A stretch of 63,813 bases of DNA from a virus (taxonomy: Duplodnaviria > Caudoviricetes): positions 1-63,813 of IMG/VR virus record IMGVR_UViG_3300044630_005032; one strand, written 5' to 3'. Below are positions 55,472-63,813 of the stretch, piece by piece; position 1 is the first letter of the stretch, and each line of letters opens with the position of its first letter. The notes under the pieces were generated by a model that saw nothing but the letters and a program-made list of their open reading frames with translations, was not told the DNA's origin and ran no database searches. Made by a program: the position numbers and the translations under genes.

Positions 55472-56767
55472 ATGCTGCGCCTTAGAGTTCCGTCGCTGGG
55501 GACAGGCGTTAGCGGTAGCGCAGTTGCAGGCACGGCCAGCGGGACGATCGCCTTTACCGGGACCGCGACTGGCGCCGTCATTACTTCCGGCACCGCCAGC
55601 GGCACCCTGCCGCTTACGGGGACTTCGGCGGGCAGTATAGGCAACGCCCCGGCCACCGCAACCGCGTCGGGCACGCTGGACCTCGGCGGGGCGGCAGCGG
55701 GCGCGGTCGTTGTATTTGGGGTCGCTGCAGGAACCCTGCCCCTCGGCGGGGCGGCTACAGGAGCGGTCATTACATCTGGCTTGGTCAGTGGCACGCTACC
55801 CCTGTCCGGCATCGCTGCAGGCAACATCGGCAATGCGCCAATCATTGGCACGGCCTTTGGGTTACTGGGCTTAACCGGTGCGGGGGCAGGTGGAGTAGTT
55901 GCATCGGGCATAGTTGCCGGCACGTTTCCGCTGGTCGGGACTGGGGTTGGTGCTGTTCGCCTAGTTGCCGCAAGCAGTGGCACCCTGCCTTTGTCTGGTG
56001 CCGCAACAGGCAACATCGGCGCCACTCCAATCAGCTCCACTGCGTCGGGCTCCCTACCAGTTTCCGGGTCTGCGACCGGCAAGGTCAGCGTCAGCGGCGC
56101 AATCAATGGCGTTCTGTCGCTCACTGGCACCGGAACGGCTCTTGTTCGCGTGTCCGGCACCGCCAGCGGCAACCTGCCGCTCGTTGGCGCCGGGGCGGGC
56201 ACCGTGGGCACGTCAAGCGTCTCTGGTACAGCTGCAGGCTCATTGCTTTTTAGTGGGACAGCTACAGGCGCCGTTCAAGTTTCCGGCTTTGCGGTCGCCG
56301 TTTTTGGCATCACCGGTAGTGCAGCAGGAAGCGGACCAATTCAAATTGCCGCCCGCTTCGCATTCCCTGGTGATCCAGCGAATGGGGGAAAACTCCTTAT
56401 GTCACGCCAGGGCGGGCAAAGTCTCGCCGAGGTTTCAATGAGTACGTTTTACCTCAAGCTGGGCGACACTTCCCCAGCGCTTCGATACGCGATAACGCCA
56501 AAATCAGTGGTGCTGACCGGCGCATCCGTTCAGTTTCAAGTGCGACCAAGGCGACCAAAAGGTGCGGCTGCCGTAATTGACGCAGCGGCCGTGGTGGTGA
56601 TTGCAACGGGCACGCCAACAGTGGAATACGGCGAGTGGCAGGCAGCCAACATTACTAGCCCTGGCCTGTATCAGGCGGAGTTCCGGGTGACCTATGCCGA
56701 TGGCAGTGTTGAGACGTTCCCTAATGACGATTTCATTTTGGTAAAGATTTCGGAAGACATTCGATAA
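55472..56767 (+). CDS. Gly/Ala/Thr repeat fibre protein fused to a BppU-like domain
   Basis: Repeated SGTLPLxG; C-terminal FYLKLGDT...YQAEFRVTYADG..ETFPN. Confidence 0.65.
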   Translation: MLRLRVPSLGTGVSGSAVAGTASGTIAFTGTATGAVITSGTASGTLPLTGTSAGSIGNAPATATASGTLDLGGAAAGAVVVFGVAAGTLPLGGAATGAVITSGLVSGTLPLSGIAAGNIGNAPIIGTAFGLLGLTGAGAGGVVASGIVAGTFPLVGTGVGAVRLVAASSGTLPLSGAATGNIGATPISSTASGSLPVSGSATGKVSVSGAINGVLSLTGTGTALVRVSGTASGNLPLVGAGAGTVGTSSVSGTAAGSLLFSGTATGAVQVSGFAVAVFGITGSAAGSGPIQIAARFAFPGDPANGGKLLMSRQGGQSLAEVSMSTFYLKLGDTSPALRYAITPKSVVLTGASVQFQVRPRRPKGAAAVIDAAAVVVIATGTPTVEYGEWQAANITSPGLYQAEFRVTYADGSVETFPNDDFILVKISEDIR

Positions 56768-56863
56768 CCTAGCCCCGCTCCCTGGGGTCACCGGATCAGC
56801 CGCCAATCTGATTTAGTGGGAGCGCTGCGGGAGTGGGAAAACTGAGGCAGAGCGCGATACCCC

Positions 56864-57121
56864 ATGGAAAACGGCGATCAGCACCAGCAAAAAGCTCAGT
56901 TCTGGGGCGAGGTAACACCGCAAGTCGCCAGCGGACTGATTATGATGGCAGTGGCAGGGATTATCTATATCGGAGTCACAGTCCCCCGCCAGCTTGATTT
57001 GGTCCTTGAGAACCAGAAAGCCGTCCTCACCCGCCAGCTTGCAGCAGAGAGTCGGATTGAAAGGATGGAGGAGAGCGTCGGCGGAATCGACCGGCGGCTG
57101 ACACGGCTGGAGGCGCGATGA
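56864..57121 (+). CDS. Membrane/coiled-coil lysis-region protein (holin-like)
   Basis: One TM segment plus IDRRLTRLE; late motif at 56836. Confidence 0.5.
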   Translation: MENGDQHQQKAQFWGEVTPQVASGLIMMAVAGIIYIGVTVPRQLDLVLENQKAVLTRQLAAESRIERMEESVGGIDRRLTRLEAR

Positions 57122-57354
57122 ACTGCCGGGAGGTCATCATCAACACTGTGGCCTTGTGCCTGGGCCTTGCTGCTGCCGGAGGCTTCAGTGGGGCGATCTA
57201 CTGCCAGTCACAGGGCGGGGAATGCGTGGAAATATGGAAAGCTGCAGGCACCGGGGCCCTGGCAGCAGCCACGACAGGCGGCACCTTGCTGGCGCAGTTG
57301 GATGGGCGGCGGCGGCAAGACCCCGAGGATCCCCAGGAACCGCCCACGCCCTAA
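57118..57354 (+). CDS. Small membrane protein (holin-like)
   Basis: Two hydrophobic segments; coupled. Confidence 0.45.
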   Translation: MNCREVIINTVALCLGLAAAGGFSGAIYCQSQGGECVEIWKAAGTGALAAATTGGTLLAQLDGRRRQDPEDPQEPPTP

Positions 57355-57641
57355 GCGGGTTGGGTGTGGAAGGCTTCTAGCAGCTCTTCCCGCCATTGCT
57401 CTAGGTCTTTCGGATCGGTATCTTCCCAGGCCATGATCACCGGCTCAAAGTTGATGATCTCAGCCTTTGTGCTGCTGACAATCTTGACGGTCACCCCAAC
57501 GATTCCGCGCAAGATGCAGGGGGCCGAGAACATTGTGCCTCCCGGTAGAAGATCAAAAGCACGTCCCATGATGCCTAGTCCGCGCTTGCCTTCCAGGGGG
57601 AAGACCCTCTGAAGATCCCAGGCGATGACAGCGGTAGGCAC
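57351..57641 (-). CDS. Hypothetical protein
   Basis: Minus-strand GGCAAGCT at 57661-57668. Confidence 0.5.
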   Translation of the reverse strand: MPTAVIAWDLQRVFPLEGKRGLGIMGRAFDLLPGGTMFSAPCILRGIVGVTVKIVSSTKAEIINFEPVIMAWEDTDPKDLEQWREELLEAFHTQPA

Positions 57642-57698
57642 GGCACTAGGCGTGTGCCTCAGCTTGCCGGGAAACCTGGGGGAGAACCTGACGTGACC

Positions 57699-58439
57699 AT
57701 GGCCAACACTTCCCCTATTGCCCTGCCCCAGTTGTTCAGGTACTGGCGGGCTCTACCCCATCAGTCGGCGGCGGTTGTCGAACTGGAGGCAGATCTTGCC
57801 GCCAATGGGCACGCGGTGGCCATGCGGCGCGATCGACCGTGGTTTGCCACCTGGAGCCAGGACGGCAAGCAGGCTGAGCCTGTGGAACCGCCAGCGGCAA
57901 GACCGACCAACCCGCTAACAGGGTTCCCCTATTTTTCGCAGCTCGACAATGAAGGCGGCACCGGATATAGGGAATGCCAGACCAGCGCGATCGCCATGTG
58001 CCTGGCCTACCTGGGTGTCGGTGGGATCACCTCGGATGACGAGTACCGGGCCGTCGTGCGGCGCCACGGTGACACCACCGACCAAGCGGCACACCAGGCG
58101 GCGCTGAAAGAGCTGGGGGTCCGGGGGCGGTTTGTGACCAGATGCTCAGCTGCTCAAGCCCAGGCCGAGATCAAAGCTGGGCTGCCGCTTGCGATGGGCT
58201 TCTATCACAAGGGCCCGGTTGGAGCCCCGTCTGGCGGCGGCCATTGGCTGGCGTGTTGTGGGTTTGACCCGTTTGGCTGGTATGTGAATGATCCACAGGG
58301 GGAGTTGGATCTGATCACCGGGCGCTGGCTGCGGACCGGCGGCAACTCTGGCCGAGCACTCCGCTACAGCTACAAAAACTTCAACCCTCGCTGGCAGGCT
58401 GAGGGGGCCGGATCGGGCTGGGTCTGGCTGTTCAGCTAG
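57699..58439 (+). CDS. Peptidase C39-like endolysin
   Basis: PYFSQLDN, RECQTSAIAM (Cys), GGHW (His), VNDP (Asp). Confidence 0.8.
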   Translation: MANTSPIALPQLFRYWRALPHQSAAVVELEADLAANGHAVAMRRDRPWFATWSQDGKQAEPVEPPAARPTNPLTGFPYFSQLDNEGGTGYRECQTSAIAMCLAYLGVGGITSDDEYRAVVRRHGDTTDQAAHQAALKELGVRGRFVTRCSAAQAQAEIKAGLPLAMGFYHKGPVGAPSGGGHWLACCGFDPFGWYVNDPQGELDLITGRWLRTGGNSGRALRYSYKNFNPRWQAEGAGSGWVWLFS

Positions 58440-58657
58440 ACCCCTGGATCCGGCAACGGAGGGGGCCCCACGCTGGGCCCTGTGATGTGCCTGGCCGCCA
58501 GGGTGACCCCTGCACCCCGGCAGAGCTGCTGAAGCTGCTCCCAGGCCTCGGGGCCGGACTTGGCCTCGACGCAATGATCCCCGGCGCAGATGCGCCAGAC
58601 CAGATCACCCCCCTCGGCGATCACTGCCTCCTGGACCGGGATGAGAGGATCGGGCAC
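58436..58657 (-). CDS. Hypothetical protein
   Basis: VWRICAGDHCVE; minus-strand late motif at 58680-58687. Confidence 0.5.
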   Translation of the reverse strand: MPDPLIPVQEAVIAEGGDLVWRICAGDHCVEAKSGPEAWEQLQQLCRGAGVTLAARHITGPSVGPPPLPDPGV

Positions 58658-58962
58658 CGGGCTACCGCTGTGGTTCCGAAGGTTTCCGGGTCGTGGCGGT
58701 GATGGGCAGTTTATGCACCACCGCCGAGAACTCTTGCGGTGACTGGGTTTGGAATACGACATCCGCGAGATTGACGAGGATTTGTATCTTGCAGTTCTGG
58801 CCTGCCGTTTGGGGCAAAGAGCAGGCGCTGAGGGCGATCTGGCCGGATGCAGCGGTGCTGCCTTAGGTGACAGGAAGGGACAGGAAGGGACTGGTAGAGC
58901 GTAGTTTATGCACGGCCCGTGCATCGGGTGCAGCTCTGCTTTTTCGCCGCGTCGTATTCCCC

Positions 58963-59967
58963 ATGGCCTCGATCAACACCCAACGTGGGCGGCTCTACCT
59001 GCTGGCCAGGGTGCCTAGGCGTGACGGGGCCCCAGGGCTGCAGCAGTCCCGCATCGCCCTGAAGCTGGACGACACGCCGATCAACCGCCGCACCGCTGCG
59101 AAGCAGCTCCAGACACTGGAGCAGCAGCTCAGCACGGGGGCATTTGAGTGGGGGTACTGGCTTGACCAGGCCTCGGGAGCGATCACCTGGCGCGAGGCCA
59201 TCGCCAAGCTCTACCGGGCTCGGGTGGTGCTGGGGCGCACGGGCGAGAGCACCTGGCAGGTGAACTATCTCGGGCGCCTACGGCAGGTTCCACAGGGGGG
59301 CGCCTGCACGACCGCCAGCATGGCCAAGGCGCTGGAGCGGTACGACCGGGCCACCTGCAGCTACAAGGAGCTGTACTACCTCCTGCGGCACCTGTCGCGG
59401 TTGGTAGCGGTGCCGTTCCCAGAGGTGCCATTGCCCACCTACAGCCAAGCGGAGTTGGTGGCGGTGCCGACCGATGCCGAGATCATCGAGTGGGTGGAGG
59501 GGGCGCCCGATCCGGTGCGCTGGTACTGGGGAATGATGGCCTGCTACGGGCTCAGGCCCCACGAGATTGAGGGGGCGGCGCTGATCGATCGTGACTTCTG
59601 CCAGGTGGCGGATGGCACCAAGACCGGGTTTCGCACGGTGGTGCCCCTCCCCCGCGAGTGGGTCGAGCGGTTCAGACTGCGGGATCGGCGGTTGCGGCCG
59701 CGCCTGGAGGGCAGCGCCGATCGGCCGGATGCGGTGAGCAAGTGGCTCTCGAAGGAGCTACGGCGGCAGCGGTTGCCGTGGCGGCCCTATGCCCTTCGGC
59801 ACGCCTACGGCGGGAGGCTATGGCGGGAGGGGGGCAGCAGGCTGGATGTTTATACCGCGGCGAGGTTGATGGGTCATACTCCGGCGGTTCACGCTCGCAC
59901 TTACCGCGCTCACATTCAGCCGTATCAGGTGGCAGAGGCGGCGGAGAAGGCGTTAGGGGGAGGCTGA
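58963..59967 (+). CDS. int: Tyrosine integrase
   Basis: YGLRPHE (R), KTG.R (K), YALRHAY, MGHT (H), TY (Y). Confidence 0.9.
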   Translation: MASINTQRGRLYLLARVPRRDGAPGLQQSRIALKLDDTPINRRTAAKQLQTLEQQLSTGAFEWGYWLDQASGAITWREAIAKLYRARVVLGRTGESTWQVNYLGRLRQVPQGGACTTASMAKALERYDRATCSYKELYYLLRHLSRLVAVPFPEVPLPTYSQAELVAVPTDAEIIEWVEGAPDPVRWYWGMMACYGLRPHEIEGAALIDRDFCQVADGTKTGFRTVVPLPREWVERFRLRDRRLRPRLEGSADRPDAVSKWLSKELRRQRLPWRPYALRHAYGGRLWREGGSRLDVYTAARLMGHTPAVHARTYRAHIQPYQVAEAAEKALGGG

Positions 59968-60183
59968 GGGCTGCCCCACCCCCGGCGCCACCGCCGCAAC
60001 ATTCACCCGCACGCAGCGCCTGCTGCTGCCCACGGGCGCCAAATCGATCAGCTCCCGGCCCCAGCGCCAGCGGGATTTGCGGTTGGCATCGGCCTCAGCA
60101 ATCAGGCGCTTGATGTGCCGATCTGAAACCTTAAGGGCTTCGGCAGCTTCCGCAACGGTGAGCAGCACGCGAGCGGCGGCCAT
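59953..60183 (-). CDS. Excisionase-like HTH protein
   Basis: LLTVAEAAEALKVSDRHIKRLI; convergent with the integrase. Confidence 0.75.
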   Translation of the reverse strand: MAAARVLLTVAEAAEALKVSDRHIKRLIAEADANRKSRWRWGRELIDLAPVGSSRRCVRVNVAAVAPGVGQPSASP

Positions 60184-60518
60184 CAGCAACGAGCCTCCGA
60201 GTCACCCTGCAGTTGCTCGCGCTTGGCCAACCGTTCCGGCAGCAGCGGCAGCGGACCGGCCATGCCGTCCAGGGTGGCCCAGAGGTAGACGCCTTCCACC
60301 ACCTGGCTGTCGTGGCCCTGAAGGTTCCAACGCACCAGGCGCCTGACGGCCTCCCTGGCTGTCGCCAGATCGCCCCGCAAGTATTCGGCTTCCCGCCGCA
60401 GCTCTACGGCGCTGTCGCCAAGCTCTTGAGATAGCCGCCGATTCTCCTCCTCCAGTCGCCGGATCGTGCGCCACGGGGCCAGCAGGCGGGCCAGGGTGCG
60501 GAGGGTGGGGTGGTTCAT
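60183..60518 (-). CDS. Hypothetical coiled-coil protein
   Basis: Coupled ORF; start MNHPTL resembles its neighbour MNRPTL. Confidence 0.6.
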   Translation of the reverse strand: MNHPTLRTLARLLAPWRTIRRLEEENRRLSQELGDSAVELRREAEYLRGDLATAREAVRRLVRWNLQGHDSQVVEGVYLWATLDGMAGPLPLLPERLAKREQLQGDSEARC

Positions 60519-61168
60519 ACTGTTACCCCCAGCCTGCGGCGCGGTCTGCGCGAAGCGATGCGTTTTGCGTAGAGCGTATTGCGTCGTGAGCGCCGTAAAC
60601 CCTCAAGCCTTTTCATCTCTCGTAGTCTCCAAAGAAAATGATTTAAGTCAAGCAACTCCATTTCAGCTTTTCTAAGTTCTTTTTGGTGTTCATTAAGTTT
60701 TTCCCAACCTCTAGAAACACACTCGCGAAAGCATTCATCGGGGAACCTTCTAGCTTCAAGTGCAAGCCACGAAGCGGGATGGCAATTCATAGCGCGAGCC
60801 ATTTCGCTTGAGAAAAACCAATCCCCTTCGTGGAAGGCTCTTGAGATTATTGCAGCACGCAGCAAGTGGGAATAGCCAGAAAATAAACACAGCTTTTGGG
60901 CCAGCTTTAGCTCTAGCTCCAGTAAATCATTATAAAGCAACTGGAGCCCTTTCTCCCTGCCGATGATTTGCCCCCATGCAATGTTTGCGCTGGTATGGCA
61001 ATAGCCTATTGATAAAGGCTTATCGTGGTGGAACCAAAACAGCCCTTTGTCGCACATTGAAAAATATGCGCTTGGCCGAAACACGTTAAATCTAGTGATG
61101 ATGTCTACCACTGGGCCCAGTCGTTTTGACACGCCTTGACCAAGGATTGGGAGGGTGGGGCGGTTCAT
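60515..61168 (-). CDS. Hypothetical protein (AT-rich)
   Basis: Coupled at both ends. Confidence 0.6.
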   Translation of the reverse strand: MNRPTLPILGQGVSKRLGPVVDIITRFNVFRPSAYFSMCDKGLFWFHHDKPLSIGYCHTSANIAWGQIIGREKGLQLLYNDLLELELKLAQKLCLFSGYSHLLRAAIISRAFHEGDWFFSSEMARAMNCHPASWLALEARRFPDECFRECVSRGWEKLNEHQKELRKAEMELLDLNHFLWRLREMKRLEGLRRSRRNTLYAKRIASRRPRRRLGVTV

Positions 61169-61785
61169 GGCATCGCCTCTTCTAGCAACGACTGCAGATC
61201 AAGTAGCCGCACCTGCCTCCCGTCGTCATCCCACCCAAGCCCATGGCCGGGGCATTGGCGAACCCCAGGGGCCACGTAGCGTCCGCAGGCGATCGGGATG
61301 CCGCGATGGGGACACAGGCCATCAACCACGTGGCAACCTGCGTGGGCCTTTTGTATCTCGCCCGCCCACCTTGTCTGAGGAAAGACAGGAGGCACCGGCC
61401 TGCGACACTGCAGCCGGCGTAGCTCAAGCACAGCGTTGCTGGCTATGTCTAAATAAAGACCATCATGTGCGCCATTCCATGTACCGCCATCCGAGAAGGA
61501 TACAGGCTGCGCTAGTGCGCGGCTTTCAGCGTAAAAGTCTCTACTGTTAATCGTAATAAACCTTGTATCGACGTGAATATGCCAAGGCTTGAATCCAATG
61601 TGCTCTTGATCTTCATGTAAAGTCCCAATTAAGGGGATCCAGTTTCCCCAGCCAAAGAGTTTGCGGCTCAGTCTGGGATGACTGATGCACGGCACCATGT
61701 AACGGCGCCCAGCTATGCAGCGCTCGGGGGAAGAATGCGCGGCCATGAAGTCGGCGAAGCGCTGGAGATTGGCGGGGATGTTCAT
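61165..61785 (-). CDS. Protein with C-terminal Rieske-type [2Fe-2S] motif
   Basis: CPHRG...CPGHGLGWD (CxH-x17-CxxH); N-terminal HED...WHIHVD. Confidence 0.7.
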   Translation of the reverse strand: MNIPANLQRFADFMAAHSSPERCIAGRRYMVPCISHPRLSRKLFGWGNWIPLIGTLHEDQEHIGFKPWHIHVDTRFITINSRDFYAESRALAQPVSFSDGGTWNGAHDGLYLDIASNAVLELRRLQCRRPVPPVFPQTRWAGEIQKAHAGCHVVDGLCPHRGIPIACGRYVAPGVRQCPGHGLGWDDDGRQVRLLDLQSLLEEAMP

Positions 61786-62483
61786 GGCTGCACCCTCCGA
61801 AACTCCACAACCCACACCCACGGGTTGGCGGCCCATGATCCGGGGCCGTTGATGGATTCAAAGAGAGCGCAAAACGCCTGAACAGGCGTATCCCACTTTC
61901 CGCCAACTATCCAAGAGCCATCCCACCATTTCCCGTTATACAGCGTTACACCCTCTGCCCTTGCGTCAGCATAACTGATGCTCTGCAGCCGCTCCACCCG
62001 AACGGCGGTGATCTCCAGGTCGATGCGGCTGGCCCAGCGGGGCATGAAGATTGATGGGCGCCATTTGACACCCGGATCACCTGTGCCAACTTCCAGCTCT
62101 GGCGTTGGGTCCGTGGCCCGGTAGTGCGGCTGCTGCCACCACGGGCCCCAGTGTTCATCGTTGTGATGCCGAATTGGGCGGCCATCGTCGAACGGCGGCT
62201 CGTAGGTGACTTCCCTGCTGCTTTCAATGCAGAAAGTTTCCCGGACCCAGAGCATGTCTCCGGGCTTGCCGTAGGGGCAGCGCACTTTTGCATCTTCGCC
62301 ATCGGCTTCAGTAGCGTAGGAGAGCCAGTAAGGGCCATAGGTTGGGTCATTTACATCAAACTCCATATCTCTTTGACGCTTAACAATCCGCCGCGTTTGC
62401 TTTTTCTGGTCTTTCAGGATGGCGCGAACCATCGGACCGCTGAACAGGATTGGCCGCTCCTTTGTTGCTGTAGTGGTGCTCAT
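61782..62483 (-). CDS. ASCH/PUA-like phage protein
   Basis: ERPILFSGPMVRAIL, QTRR, GDMLWVRET, MPRWASRI, VRVERLQ, NPWVWVVEF. Confidence 0.8.
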   Translation of the reverse strand: MSTTTATKERPILFSGPMVRAILKDQKKQTRRIVKRQRDMEFDVNDPTYGPYWLSYATEADGEDAKVRCPYGKPGDMLWVRETFCIESSREVTYEPPFDDGRPIRHHNDEHWGPWWQQPHYRATDPTPELEVGTGDPGVKWRPSIFMPRWASRIDLEITAVRVERLQSISYADARAEGVTLYNGKWWDGSWIVGGKWDTPVQAFCALFESINGPGSWAANPWVWVVEFRRVQP

Positions 62484-62794
62484 GGCTGCACCCCCTCCCC
62501 CAGAGTCGCTAGGAAGGCGGCGTGCTCCGGCGGGGTCTCAATTCGCTCCCAATCTCGGTTGTGCAGATCCAAGCCTGTGGACTCATAGAGGCATGACCAG
62601 CCGCTCTTGAACCGTGAACAGTTTGTGCGACCGCTGACAATCCAAACAGCTTGTGTCGTTCCCAACCAGAGCAGAGTGATTCGGTTCTCGATCCAGCCTT
62701 CGCCAAAGTCCTGGCGGCCTTGAATTGTGTCACCGACCTTCAGGCCCAACTCGCGGGCCTGATCGGCGGTAGTAGCAAATTCAGTAGCTTTCAT
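62480..62794 (-). CDS. Hypothetical protein (MKATEF family, copy 2)
   Basis: First 27 aa identical to 63135-63590. Confidence 0.7.
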   Translation of the reverse strand: MKATEFATTADQARELGLKVGDTIQGRQDFGEGWIENRITLLWLGTTQAVWIVSGRTNCSRFKSGWSCLYESTGLDLHNRDWERIETPPEHAAFLATLGEGVQP

Positions 62795-63138
62795 TGGTCT
62801 ACCTCCCCCAGCGTCGCCAGGAAGTCGCGAACCGCGGCTTTGCCCTCTGGCGTGTCTAGATCAGCCTCCCGAGCCTCAGCCAGGGTCGGCGGGGGCGGTG
62901 GGGGGCTGTGGAGGTTGTTGGCAATGGCAAAGAGCTTGCCAATATGTAACCCATCGTTCCATCTTTTAGTCAAAGGCACCTCCGCCTGAACTAGCGCCTC
63001 CCGCAGAAAAGCGGCAAGATATCGGCGATCTTTGTTTGTTAGTGCCACCTGCGGGACCACAGCAGCTCTGCAGCCAGCTTGAAACGCGGCTTGGGTCTGT
63101 TGTGTCAGCTCTGGAAACTCTTCATGCTGAGTGCTCAC
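62791..63138 (-). CDS. Hypothetical protein (HxEFP family)
   Basis: C-terminal half near-identical to the junction-spanning ORF. Confidence 0.65.
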   Translation of the reverse strand: MSTQHEEFPELTQQTQAAFQAGCRAAVVPQVALTNKDRRYLAAFLREALVQAEVPLTKRWNDGLHIGKLFAIANNLHSPPPPPPTLAEAREADLDTPEGKAAVRDFLATLGEVDQ

Positions 63139-63590
63139 GCTGCCACCTCTAAAACACGGCTGCTCTTGAGGAGGTGCAGGCTCCAATCCAGAACATCAGA
63201 GAATGGATTATCACGGCGCCAGGCTTCGTACTCAACTCGGAGTTGGGCACGGCTGAGCCGCTCGGCTGGGGTCAGGTCCGGCTCGTCGTCGTGGGGCTCT
63301 AGCGAGAGGTGTCGCGCAAGGTCCATAGCGTGCTCCGGCGGGGTCTCGGTGCGCTGCCATTCGCGGATGTCTAGTTCCCAATTTGCGGACTCGTAGGGAG
63401 GTGACCAGGGACACCTGTTGTTGCGACCGCTAACAATCCAGATGGTGTTTACTTTGCCCAGCCAAAGGAGGGTGATCAGGGCATCGTGCCAGCCGTCACC
63501 GATCTCTTCACGGCCTTGAATCGTGTCACCAACCTTCAGGCCCAACTCGCGGGCCTGATCGGCGGTAGTAGCAAATTCAGTAGCTTTCAT
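63135..63590 (-). CDS. Hypothetical fusion protein (MKATEF + MDLARH modules)
   Basis: N-terminus matches 62480-62794; C-terminus matches 248-436. Confidence 0.7.
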   Translation of the reverse strand: MKATEFATTADQARELGLKVGDTIQGREEIGDGWHDALITLLWLGKVNTIWIVSGRNNRCPWSPPYESANWELDIREWQRTETPPEHAMDLARHLSLEPHDDEPDLTPAERLSRAQLRVEYEAWRRDNPFSDVLDWSLHLLKSSRVLEVAA

Positions 63591-63813
63591 TGGTCTACCT
63601 CCCCCAGCGTCGCCAGGAAGTCGCGAACCGCGACTTTGCCCTCTGGCGTGTCTAGATCAGCCGCCCGAGCCTCAGCCAGGGTCGGCGGGGGCGGTGGGGG
63701 GCTGTGGAGGTTGTTGGCAATGGCAAAGAGCTTGCCAATATGTAACCCATCGTTCCATCTTTTAGTCAAAGGCACCTCCGCCTGAACTAGCGCCTCCCGC
63801 AGAAAAGCGGCAA

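Larger units (their letters stand above)
1..63813. mobile_element. Complete temperate tailed phage genome (siphovirus-like, probable cyanophage), circularly assembled
   Basis: TerL, portal, capsid, tape measure, tail tube, lysin, integrase, repressor and initiator are all present; 127-bp terminal overlap; no contiguous block of host housekeeping genes. Confidence 0.93.
62715..63813. repeat. ~300-bp near-identical direct repeat (62715-63017 / 63511-63813), part of a ~796-bp tandem duplication
   Basis: About 4 mismatches; offset 796 bp. Confidence 0.9.

Noticed and set aside
58690-58962. attP or tRNA fragment upstream of the integrase
   Set aside because: Position is plausible, but I could not recognise a tRNA 3' end or arm repeats; it needs a search against host genomes
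1-63813. tRNA, rRNA, photosynthesis genes, DNA polymerase
   Set aside because: None recognised by eye; a tRNAscan or HMM run could still find something small

Overview
This window is an apparently complete, circular temperate phage genome with about 63.7 kb of unique sequence (bases 1-127 equal 63687-63813). It is probably a siphovirus of a picocyanobacterium (Cyanobium/Synechococcus-like); the host is inferred from the SigF-like sigma factor, SSB, Tmk and the style of the small genes. Recognisable modules are replication (initiator with 5 internal iterons, C5 methylase, XRE-like repressor), recombination (Rad52/Sak, SSB, RusA), a long accessory region, packaging (TerS-like, TerL, portal, with tmk and a sigma factor interleaved and dcd just upstream), neck and tail genes (chaperone with a GGGAAAG frameshift, tube, tape measure), a scaffold/capsid block placed after the tail, lysis, and a tyrosine integrase with excisionase. 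The standout is a minus-strand unit at 10250-12578. It holds a stand-alone RAMP/Cas7-like gene, an ~830-nt non-CRISPR array of GGY-NN pentamers divided by GGCAGGC into ~19 units, a partner gene and a terminator. This is a candidate RNA-guided system with a non-contiguous guide code (VIPR-like). Other notable signals are ~20 oriented copies of a GG(A/C)AANCT late-promoter motif, a methylase subunit nested in an alternative frame, GGCGTGATGCC hairpins in the scaffold and capsid leaders, two structured intergenic RNAs, a stand-alone RNAP alpha-CTD, a Rieske-motif protein and repeat-bounded gene cassettes. All family calls come from motif recognition by eye; no database searches were run.
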